Of a DNA stretch of 64,000 nt, positions 39,560 through 50,880 are shown piece by piece; position 1 is the first letter of the stretch; every line of letters starts with the position of its first letter. The position numbers and the translations under genes were made by a program. Under the pieces are notes generated by a model. It did not search any database. It had not been told where the DNA came from and was given only the letters and a program-made list of their open reading frames with translations. Source of the stretch: Octopus bimaculoides (taxonomy: Eukaryota); assembly GCF_001194135.2 (NCBI RefSeq), contig NC_068981.1, forward strand, positions 2,235,195-2,299,194, read 5' to 3'.

Positions 39560-39830
39560 CTTCATGAGGCCCAACACTCAAAAGGAACTTGGTCACCTAG
39601 ATAACGGAGGCTATCTGCTACCTCCAGCTTGCCCTCCTGGCAGTTGACGGAGTCTATTTTCTGCACATTTTCAGCGTTTATTGAATCTGTGCATCTTCCA
39701 CATACATAAGTTTCCCTGTTAACCTTCCTCTGATGTTGCACCATTTATGTTTCCAAAGCTTACACCGATTGCATCTTATAAAGTTTCTACCTGCACCTTT
39801 TCTACAGATTGAGTAGGGCCTGATTGGTGA
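39560..39830 (-). mobile_element. RTE/RTEX LINE fragment with PHD-like Cys-rich insert
   Basis: SICRKGAGRNFIRCNRCKLWKHKWC...VCGRC...LEVADSLRYLGDQV across two frames. Confidence 0.75.
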
Positions 39831-40269
39831 CACAAAAAAAACTGGTGACAACCCATGCATGCAAGCAGGTTGAAAGACATTAAAATATTGATAGTGATAG
39901 AGGCTGGGAGGTATATACGGCATCTACATTTAGGTCTCTCACCTGACATACTCCTCTTAAATTTCCATTAGTTACAAACCACTTCCTTCATTGACACAAA
40001 CACAACCATATCATTCTGAGTTTCTCCATGCAATCTATTCTCAATAGTCAAGCCAACATTCTAACTGGTGGCCAGTTTTGATCAAGTGTATGAATGAAAT
40101 CTAATATTTTAAAATCTGGGTTTGTCCCCATTAACGGGGGTGGCTGGATCTACCTCACTCTTACAGCAACCGCTCTCACACCAACTTGCCCGTTTTTGAG
40201 CATGCTCCCTCCTCAAGTCAACCCTCCCTATCTCCTCTTCCATGTTTACTTTAGTCAACCTCGCTTTCG

Positions 40270-40560
40270 CAGTTAGTTCACTTTAAACTCAAGCACTCTC
40301 CTCAGAACATGATCCTCATCCCTCCTCAACACATGTCCATACCACCACACTCCATTCACCCTCGCCAGCTGTTCCACCGATTCCTCCAACCCCAGCATCC
40401 CCATCAAGTCCTCAGCCTTCCTGTTATCCAATAGTTTCACACCAAACATTGCTCTCTCAGTCCTTCTCAAAATTGCCATTTCACTTTACTTCAGGCACCG
40501 TCTCTCACTCCCATACAGCGTTGCAGATCTCAGGTAACTCCGATAAACCCTTAAGCATGT
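40270..40560 (-). mobile_element. RTE-clade LINE C-terminal fragment
   Basis: RRTERAM.GVKLLD..LGLEESVEQL..WYGHVLRR motif. Confidence 0.8.
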
Positions 40561-41025
40561 AAAATAGTAAATACAGACATGGCTGTGTGGTAAAAAGTTC
40601 ACTTCTCAACCACATGGTTCCAGGTTCAGTCCCACTGTGTTGACCTATAGCCCTAGGTCAACCAAAGCCTTGTGAATGGATTTGGTAGACAAACTGAAAA
40701 AAGCCCATCATGTATGTGTGTGTCCCTCACCACAACTAAACAGGTGCTGGTTTGTTTACATTCCAACCTCTTAGCAGTTCAGCAAAGGGGGGCCTGCAAG
40801 GTTTCTACAGCTGGATGCCCTTCCTAACACCAACCACTCCAAGAGTGTAGTGGGTGCTTTTTACATGCAACTGGCATTGATCACGCTCAAATGGTGCTTT
40901 TTAAGTACCACTGGCACAGGAGCCAGTCAGGCAACACTGGCATTGACCCAGCACTATATATATATATATATATATGAGAGTATTGTAGTTTGCTTGAAGC
41001 ATTGTGTATTGTTTGTAAAGAAAAA

Positions 41026-41238
41026 GTTTTGAATGGTACAACAATGGCCTGTAATACAAACAATGGACTATAATAACTGTTGTGATTTAACCATCCATAG
41101 TCTGATGATATTTCGGAATAAAATTCCTTCCTCAGATATCCCATCAATTCCTAGGGATATCTGATTATGGATGGTTAAATCACAACAGGTATATAGCTCA
41201 TTGTTTGTATTATAGTGCATTGTTGTACCATTCAAAAC
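41026..41238. repeat. Imperfect inverted repeat (MITE-like)
   Basis: gttttgaatggtacaacaatg...ccatccata and its reverse complement. Confidence 0.75.
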
Positions 41239-41650
41239 ATTTTATTCTCTATATAATAATAAAATGAACGGTTTACACCAGGTAGCTTACTGGTAAAGCA
41301 CGGTCACTTTCAGAGGGATCATTATGTGTATGGTAAATGAAAGACGGAAGATGCTAGATGTGTTGGAACAATTGTCGTATTCAATAATTCTCATATATTC
41401 CATCATCCATTTACCATATACAAGGTTGGTCAAAAGTCACCTGACAGCAAATCAAAACCATTTAATTCCAAGATTTATCTTATGTTTAACAACTGAATGA
41501 ATTTAATAAAAGCATCTAAATATGAAACATCATGAAAACTGTTCAAACTGAAGTCTTTCTTGAGTGACACATTCTTCCATTCAAGTCAACACAGAATTAC
41601 AGATAGTATTTATGGAATTTTGATTTACTGCCGGGTGACTTCTGGCCAAT

Positions 41651-41719
<69 letters not shown>

Positions 41720-44700
41720 GATGAAATAAGCATCAGAGATATTGCAGGAGCTAGTTAGGGTTAGGTTTTACAAGCTCTTCTAAATCCATTGCAATGCTGG
41801 AAACCTTTCTACATTGTTAGCAGGGTCACAAGCACTTCGCCCCTTAGTCAGTATGCTTCACCTACATGGAGCAACACGGACTGACCTAGTCTTCACTTAC
41901 AGAAGGGTTCCACTTATGGCCTCCTATCAACAATAGCTATCTTGAGCAATTTTCAGCTGCTGTGCCCATTTCCTTGACGGCTTTCTTCAGTTGTTTGCAT
42001 GTGAGTTTGTATACACATGCACCTTACTGGCACTCGTGCCGGTGGCATGTGAACAAAACATTGGACTGACTCCTGTGCAGGTGACACGTAAAAAACACCA
42101 TTTGAGCGTGGCCGTTGCCAGTACCGCAGGACTGGCCCTCATGCTGGTGGCACGTAAAAAGCACCCACTACACTCTCGGAGTGGTTGGCGTCCAGCTGTA
42201 GAAACTCTGCCAGATTGGAGTCTGGTGTAACCATCTGGTTCGCCAGCCCTCAGTCAAATCGTCCAACCTATGCTTGCATGGAAAGCAGACGTTTAAATGA
42301 TGATGATGACACAGATGAGTTCCTTTCACTTTTGGCCTACCAAATCCACTCAAAGCTTTAACTGATTTCATGCTATAAAAGATACTACCAAGGGGCTAAA
42401 CAGTGAGGCTGAACCCAAAACCACATGCTAAGGAAATTAATCTCCTAACTGCAAAGCCACACTTGCATCTGCCCATTAAAGCAGTTGGATTAAGAAGACT
42501 TCTTGGGTGAGGAATTGTCTGACAGCAATGCACCTCAAAAATGCATCAACAGAACCTCAACACAGCGAGTATACAGTTAAACTCATTTTAATACTTACAG
42601 ACCTTTTTTTTTTTTTCTTTTTTTCAGCAGCTTTATTTGATTCTGGATGACATGAAGCCATTTTCATAAATTCATACCTGATCTTATCAATCTATGTACA
42701 TCAGTCATTAGCATGAAATTCAGACATTTTCAGACTCTGCTAATGTTTCTGGAATACCAATTCTGGCAAACAGTTCTTAGTACCTACCTAACTGTTCCTG
42801 CTTCTTTATTCTTTCTGGCTACCCTGATACCCAGAATATACATCAGCAACTATTCCAAACAGTCCTAAATTCTTGACACAAGTATGATCCTAGGATACAT
42901 TGCATATCTATGCTTTGCTTTCTTCAGGTCAGGTTTGCACTGCACAACGTAATTCCAGTTAATATTATCGCATATCTTAGACATCTTGCATATTCTTCTA
43001 CATATCCTACAATAAGCTACTAACCATGTTTCTAATTTCAATTAAATCAACTGTTACCATTAAGCTACAATATGGCCTCGTGATTGCCTTTTATCTTTTA
43101 CTTGTTTCAGTCATTAGACTGCAGCCATGCTGGGGCAACACCTTAAATTTTAGTTGAATCAATTGATCCCAGGACTTTTTTTTTTAAACTATACTTATTC
43201 TGTTGGTCTCTTTTGCCAAACCACTAAGTTTTGTGGATGTAAACAAACCAACACAGGTTGTCAAGCAGTAGTGCAAGGCAGACACAGACATTATATATGA
43301 TGGGCTTCTTTCAGTTTCCATCTACCAAATCCACTCACAACAACCCAGAACCATGTGGTTGGGAAGCAAGCTTCTTACTGCACAGCCTAATTATATACAT
43401 ACATGAAGGCTTCTTTCAGTTTCTGTCAATGAAATCCATTTACACGCACATTGAATGTACACAACCTGTTGAATCAACTAGAACAAGCATAGTTATGTGC
43501 CTTGCTCAAGGCTACAATGCTGAAGTAGGATTCAAAAATTGATTGTACGGTCATGAACTTATCAACCTCACATTTAATACTCAGCTTTTAGTTGGGAATA
43601 TAACCCAGGGCCGGCACCATGATCTAAACAAAATAGGTGATTGCCTGGAGTGCTAAAAGCAGGGGGCCCCCTCCCTACGCATAAAGTACACAAAATTTCT
43701 TAATCCAATTAAAGACGCACAAACTTAGTAATAAAGAGAGCAGGTGAGATCACTTCCAGAACAAAGAAGGACAAAGGACATGGGCGGGTGGAGAAGGTGG
43801 AGGGAGAGGCTCGGCGAGTGTTGTGGCCAGTCACATGACTTGGTGTGAAACGCTTCGTATCTTGTCCAGTAACAAGATTTACTCAGTGAAATGCATCATC
43901 ATCATAATACAGATTTCTTGCTCTGAATTTTTCGACAGCATTTTGCAGCTGGTGTAGAGGTTATTAAAGAGAGAAAACAACTGGAGAAGGCAGCTCTTAT
44001 TGAGGGATTGGGAGAAGGGGACGCATATTGTAGGTCTGATCTAGAGCATGAATACTCTGGCATCAACCTCGAATATACCGAACTCAATGTATTCTGAACT
44101 ACGGCAGATCAGAATACATTGGTTTAGGTATATATATATATATATAGAGCACAATATCGACCAGACTATCGGATGTTGTTATACATCGCTAGTCACAATG
44201 CGCTTCACACTGCTTTAGCTTTCGAATGACGCCATTCAGCTGGCTAAGCGAGCAGGCCAACATTCTCCACGGTCGAAAGGCCGTGTCGTCACGGGGTTCA
44301 CCCGTTCATAGCTGAGTGGACTGGAGCAATGCGAAATGAAGTGTTTTGCTCAAGAATCGAACCCATGGTCTAGCGATTGTCAATTCAATACCCTAACCAC
44401 TAGGCCACGTCTTATCCCCATTGAACTTTTTGCATTATACCAACAGGTTAGGATTATGCGAGACAAAGGAAGCCTCCTAGAGGTTGTTCGACCTGCAAGA
44501 GATAGCAGCTAAATTTCCCTTATACCTACCAACCCCTATTGTCATAAGAGCAAGGAAACGTTGGACAACAAACTGAGTAACCATAGAGACGCTGTCTGAA
44601 TAAAAAGCGAGAGTCACGGTTGGAACGCCTATGATCATAAGGTCTCCTGCAGCAGGGCCTTCACGAGGATGAACAACTTATTCCTCTACGTATTTTAAGC

Positions 44701-45055
44701 TTTCTTTTATTTTTACAAAAATAATTTACTTTTTAAAATATATTCTTTTATCTGAGAGCTAAATCTATTTACCTAAGGCGGAAGGCAAAAAGATTTATAG
44801 CTAAATCTATTTACCTTCCGCCTTTCCTGTATAATCCAAATATATTTTTGCTAAAACATATCCGATAAAAATCTGTTTAGACCAGATTTAGCTCACACAC
44901 ACACACAGGTTTGTTTTTATATTCAGTTATAATAAAAACAATTTTACATTAATATAATGGATTACTCTATATTTTTGTAGAGTACAAATTTAGTCTTCTT
45001 AAACAAGAATATTACTGACAGTGATTTCGGAGTTTTGGTCAGTTAAGCTCTTGTC

Positions 45056-45112
<57 letters not shown>

Positions 45113-48100
45113 TTTTATACACAAGTTCACTACACATTAAGCTTACATTTTATAGCTTAAGTAGTGAATGACTGCACTTGGAAGTTTTATGATATTTTTA
45201 AACGTTTAAACGCACAAACAATACTGACACAACATAAACCGATATAATTTTACAGGTTTCCGTTACTATTCACTTGTCGTTTGAGTCTATTTATAAGTCT
45301 GGAGTGAAGTGTGTACTTGTTCACACACCCATGTTGTACGGGTGTCATTAAAGACCAAATATATACATAACGCAAACAAACCAAGCTCCCGAAGTCAGTT
45401 GAATAAGTCTTTTGTATACTCATCGTTTTTCCTACAGAAACGAAGTAATCTTATCATACGAGAAGAAAAAAGCTAATATTAAATACACACACATACGCAT
45501 ATATATTTACATATACATAGTCATCGTGCTTGTATTAAGAATCCTTCTTGGGTCTACCTGCCCATTAAGTTTCTTGGGTTTACACCAGTTTCAGAGCCTC
45601 TAAACGATCCAAAATGCCTAAGTTTAACCCCGACGTACAGACCACCAATACATCACAGTGGTAACCTCTTTCCAGCTCCAACACCCGTTAGATACTATTA
45701 GTACTCATCCAGTAGTACAATGCGAAAATTAAGTGCCTTGCTCAAGGACACAGCGCGCAGCCCTGTCTCAGAACGGAACCCACAAGCCACTATTCAGCAG
45801 TGAATATTTAGCGCCCTATGGACATATACAGATTGCGAAGTTGGGCAGTAACTAGGAGATGGATGGGGTTTTTTTTTTAATATTGCTTGGAGTAAGCAAG
45901 TTCTGATGTGTAACAGTTACTTCAAGGTAACACTTTCGTTGGTACCCATAGAATACACAACAGCATTGCGAGCAGCTCTTTCGGACTTTCCAACNNNNNN
46001 NNNNNNNNNNNNNNNNNNNNNNNNNNNNNNNNNNNNNNNNNNNNNNNNNNNNNNNNNNNNNNNNNNNNNNNNNNNNNNNNNNNNNNNNNNNNNNNNNNNN
46101 NNNNNNNNNNNNNNNNNNNNNNNNNNNNNNNNNNNNNNNNNNNNNNNNNNNNNNNNNNNNNNNNNNNNNNNNNNNNNNNNNNNNNNNNNNNNNNNNNNNN
46201 NNNNNNNNNNNNNNNNNNNTATATATATATACAGAGAGAGAGAGAGAGAAAAGGCTGTCTTAAAGTATGGGCGCACTGAGTAATTTTCCAAGGGCCCAAT
46301 TCTGATCTATGTGTAGTGACTTACTATCAAATATTAAAGGGCTGAATGTATTGATTTACCCCTGGTTTGTGTGGGGGTTATAATGCTGCTTCGACAAACC
46401 CCGTTGTATGTATGCATACAAACACACACACAAACTTATATGATAGTAATGTTTAAAAATGTATTGTGTAATACATTCGGAGTCTATAAAAGATCTGAAA
46501 AACAAAACAAAACAAACAGTCGTATAAAGTAATTCTACGTCGCAGTAAGTGACTTTCAGTCAACTGGAACGCGTTGAAACCCAAAATATGAAACCCTCAC
46601 TCCCCAATAAAACATGTGCATGTTAAGTCAGTGATAGAGACCAAGATAATAATAATCCTTTCTAGTATAGGCAAAAGATCCGAAATCTGGGAGGAGAGAG
46701 GGTTAATCGATTACATCGACCCCATTGTTCAACTGGTATTTATTTTATCGACCACCGTAAAGAAGAAAAGCAAATTCGAAAGAACCGGAAGAAACGTCGC
46801 CAAGAATTTTGTCCAACGCACAAACGTCTCTGCTAGATGGCCAATAATGATGATAAATGTATAATAATAACAATTAAATAAGCTGAGCGAAAAGTTGTTT
46901 TCAAATGTTAGCAAACCAAACTGGTTGTGGGTTAGGTAGAAAGGAGAGGAAAATAATTACTCGCCAGTAATCGAGATATGGCGTACAATAACAAAGAACA
47001 CCATTCCATATGTTCCAATTATGTAAATGAGTGTTTGTTTTTGATCAATAGACACCTCCCTAACCGTCCGCCCTGTCTATATTTCCATGTTGACAAAAAC
47101 CTTTCCTAGTCGTTTTCCTACCCGCTATTTTATGAACACAGATGTTGTTCGTACTTGTAGGAGCAACCTCCAAGAGTTAATATCTTTAAAAGTTTTAATA
47201 AAACCACATCGAGAAGCTTGGGGGGGGGGAGCATTGAGCAACAGAATAAGTTTAACATTGAACACTTAATTAAAAGTCGATGGATCCTTAAAATACCTTT
47301 CTATATCGAAAGTGTATCAGACAGCCAAAAGCTCAGTCTTATTTGGGGGGGAAAAAAAAACCGGGCGACGGAGAGGAAGATTCGGGGAGCAACAATTTAA
47401 AACTAATAAATGTTTGTTGTTATTGTGTAATAATTCGACAAAAGCTTCCGACTGATGTGTGCCGCCCCAGTCGACAAGTATTTAATGTAGGAGGTGCCAA
47501 GTGCACACAGCTGTCGATGGAACAAATGCAACAATGAACTCGCACAAATTAACTATGGTTCCACTTGAGATTATTAATAATAAACAGTCGCACAACCTAC
47601 AACGTTTATACTCACAGGTGTATGTTTACAAACTGAGAATATCTAATTATTATTATTATTATCTTCTTTTTTTTTTAAACTTGGTTTAATATACAGTAAA
47701 ATCACGAACTATCCAAGTAAAAGTAAGGCGAAAAAGAATAAAATTCAACTATTATATCTAGGCTAAGAAATAGAGTTCTTAGAAAAATTAATTCAGATAC
47801 CTATTTCAGGGAAAATGAAATTATAAGCCAGATAAAGTTATTAATATTCAAGGCAAGATAATCACATGGATTTTTTGTAATCCAACGTGAGAAATGGGTA
47901 TTAATATATTATATATATATATACAAAAGAGAAAAAAAATACTAATCGATGGCCGCTTTAAATTTATCAGTAAGACTGATAATAGCTTTTTTAATAAGAA
48001 TCTGTTTCGAAGATAAAAATCTTAATTTATCAAAAAAAAAAAAAGAAAAGAAAAAAGGACGGAACGGTGAGGGTGGGGGGAAGACAGACAAAGATGCAAT

Positions 48101-48200
48101 GGTTAAGTGCGTGTGCAGGCTGTAGATTAGAATACATGACACATGTGCTATATATTCACTTATATATTACATCCTCCCCACTCTTCCATATATACACACA

Positions 48201-48244
<44 letters not shown>

Positions 48245-49335
48245 GCGCAAATGATGAGTATATTACCATACCACTAATCAATAACTATACAGGAGTGTGA
48301 ATTACGTAATTTTAAAGAATGTTGATTTTTTTTCACCCCACCCCCAACCAAACTTTGCCATTTATCAATAGTGAAGTTGATATCATTATCAGGAAATAAT
48401 TATCAATCCAAACTCTCCTCTATACAACAGGAAAAATATTAAAAAAAAAAAAGGCTGCTCAATAATAAATGAGCTACCCAGATACATACACAAAAAAAAA
48501 TCTATTCTCGTGTAATATGTATGTCTCGACATATACATTCTGTACACATGGTGAGATGTGCACCATATTAATAACAATAATACAGTATTTATGCCATAAA
48601 TAAGTTCCAGGGACAGTAACAAGTTTCTGAAATTTAAAGAATGATTTAAAAGATATTGAAAAGGTTCCAGTTTCTAGTTTTGCAAAACTGATAAATCAAA
48701 GAGAAAGACAATTTGACATTACAAGACTGACAAGACGTCTATGTGTATGTGTGTGTGTTCCACATATTTTAAGCAAGCAACTCACGTTGCGATTTACTGG
48801 CGCTAATATTATTAAAATACAAGCTGATTACACGATGGGAGCGATCGAACGATGTTTTGGGCAGTAAAACCAAGGGCTAATTAGCCAAAAGTTAATTAGC
48901 CAAAAGTAGTCGTATTTCTTGTTAAGTGTTTACTTGAAAGACATCACTTTCAGACACATTGCTCTTGTGTTGTCGTCATGAGGCGCGGACTTCAGTCTGT
49001 GTTGATGCCATTGTCACTAAATACATGTCTTAGGTAGAATCCAGGAAACACAGACGAAACTCATTTCTATATCAAAGATGCCCTTACTAACATTGAAAAA
49101 GTAAAAAGGGGAAAGGTCATGACATGGAAGGCGCCAGAAAATTATCAAAATAAACATTAGAACCATAATATATACATTGTACATGCTAAATTGTATACAT
49201 GGTATGTAGTATTTCGTCATATTTACCAACACATTTTATTACATCGGGGGTTGGCTTTAAAAAAGAGGGGGCGATCTTTCGTTTTGAGGGTACGTTTATG
49301 ACAAAGAAGGGTAAAAGTAAATAGAGGATACGTAC

Positions 49336-49699
49336 CTGTGAAGAAAGATAAGTGTACAGGCAACGAATGTGTGAAAGAACGTCCGAATGGTGCATCCTCT
49401 GGTGTACTGGAATCTGAGTCTGGGGACATGGCCCCTAACAAACTTATCCCACCACTAACTCCACCAGAACCGTTGTTATTTGGTATACTAAGAGAAGGTG
49501 AATGTCCTGTAGATGGATGAAAACTGCCCAAGCTTCGGGCTCGAGCCCTCGCAGCTGTGGCTTGACCTGCTCCTGCAGAACCTCCAACAACAGCAAGTTC
49601 CCCTCCAGAGTTGCCAGCATTGCCTGTACTTGTTCCACTTTGGCCACTGCCCGAATATGTCCTCATACGAGGTCCAGTTGAGCTTTGTTTAGCTCCCAT
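49336..49699 (-). CDS. ZNRF2: E3 ubiquitin-protein ligase ZNRF1/ZNRF2 orthologue, coding exon 1 (121 codons + 1 nt)
   Basis: Translates MGAKQSSTGPRMRTYSGS...RARARSLG...LSIPN...DSDSSTPED...SLPVHLSFFT(G). This matches the recalled human ZNRF2 N-terminus (MGAKQS, RTRAYSGS, RSRSLG, SSPED, SLPAHLS). Start context is AAG-ATG-G. The phase-1 donor G|GTACGT at 49336/49335 is in frame with exon 2. The symbol is nominal because a single invertebrate gene is probably co-orthologous to ZNRF1 and ZNRF2. Confidence 0.95.
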
Positions 49700-50407
49700 C
49701 TTTTTTTTTTTTTTTTTTTTTTTTAATGTGAAGATCTCTCTTTTTCTGTGGGTCAGATATTGATAGCAACTTTACCAGACATCTAGCCACACATTTCAAT
49801 TGTAACCCTTCCCTCTTCCGTTAATACTAACAAACATGCCTTAGATATATTTATGTCTGAACGCATACACAATGCCTCCAGCATACGTGTCTGCGTACAC
49901 AAGTGTTCGTTGTTTTAAGGAAGAATGTTGCTCAAAATTAAGAAAGCCAGGGACTTATATATACACACATATACATATATACACATATATATATATATAT
50001 CACACAGTACAAGAATGCAATTAAGATTTTGATTTCTTTCTGGATTTTTTTCACCTTCAGTGACTAAATGTGAATATATTGATATTTATGTCCAGCTGGT
50101 TTATAAATATATATGCGTGTATCCCATCAGACATAACATGCACTAACACGCACGCACATACAACACACACACACACACACACACAAATATATATTATATA
50201 TATATATATGTATAATTTATTTATAAATATATATTATATATATTTATTCATAAGTTTATATATATATATAAATCTCTATATATTTTTTTTTATATACCTT
50301 TACCATAAATCCTAGACAGTGCTTGGCTGTTATGAAGAAGTGCAGATATTTCTATGAGATAGATAGGTAAGAGTGTGTTTGTTGAGTATGTGGTGGTCGA
50401 TGAAAAG

Positions 50408-50731
50408 CTAAACACGACGCTGACTCTGGTAGTTTTGCAAGAAGAGACTGCTATGAAAACAGAAAAAAGAGAAAATATTAGCAGCCAGAGTTGACGCTGT
50501 CGTCAACAGTAATATCAATGATAACAGAATGGAGGTGGTGGTGGGGGTAGACAAGTGTTCCAGTCGTGTTGTCACTATGACTCCAGTAGTAGTAGTAGTA
50601 GTAGTAGTATTAGTGGTGGTAGAGGTAGAATTAGTGCTGTTGCTGACGTTGTTGGTTAGGGTGGCGGTGGTGGTGTTATTGGTGGTAGAAATCAGTAATT
50701 GTCCAGCATCAGATCTCCTCCTCTCTGCCAT
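50408..50731 (-). other. Candidate upstream ORF (107 aa) in the presumed ZNRF 5' leader
   Basis: ATG in strong context (ATC-ATG-G) about 100 nt downstream of the promoter motifs. Encodes a Thr-rich tract built on (ACT/ACC)n plus a hydrophobic segment. Coding status unproven. Confidence 0.35.
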
Positions 50732-50799
50732 GATTGCAAAACTACTTATTGATGGAACAAAACATCCTTCTCCTCTAAGCTAGAGAGTGACGGAAGAAG

Positions 50800-50880
50800 G
50801 GGAGACGACAGCTAAAAAGAGGCGAAAACTGACGTCATCAAAGCACGTGATCTGACCTGTCTGTCTGCGCAGTCGTCGTT
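50800..50880 (-). promoter_or_regulatory. Probable ZNRF core/proximal promoter
   Basis: Perfect CRE TGACGTCA (50830-50837), E-box CACGTG (50844-50849) and TGCGCAG (about 50866-50872) cluster in a CpG-retaining patch about 1.1 kb upstream of the start codon. The TSS itself cannot be seen. Confidence 0.6.

Larger units (their letters stand above)
758..49335 (-). other. Intron between ZNRF coding exons 1 and 2 (48,578 bp, GT-AG, phase 1)
   Basis: Defined by the two splice junctions above; G + GC rebuilds the Gly codon. An additional cassette exon inside it cannot be excluded. Confidence 0.88.

Noticed and set aside
41095-41125. CTGATGA followed by GGAA within an inverted repeat
   Set aside because: No helix II, no GAAA and no cleavage-site pairing; not a hammerhead.
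49223-49335. C-terminal 37 aa of the 158-aa ORF in the track
   Set aside because: Read-through past the splice donor into the intron; the real protein continues in exon 2.
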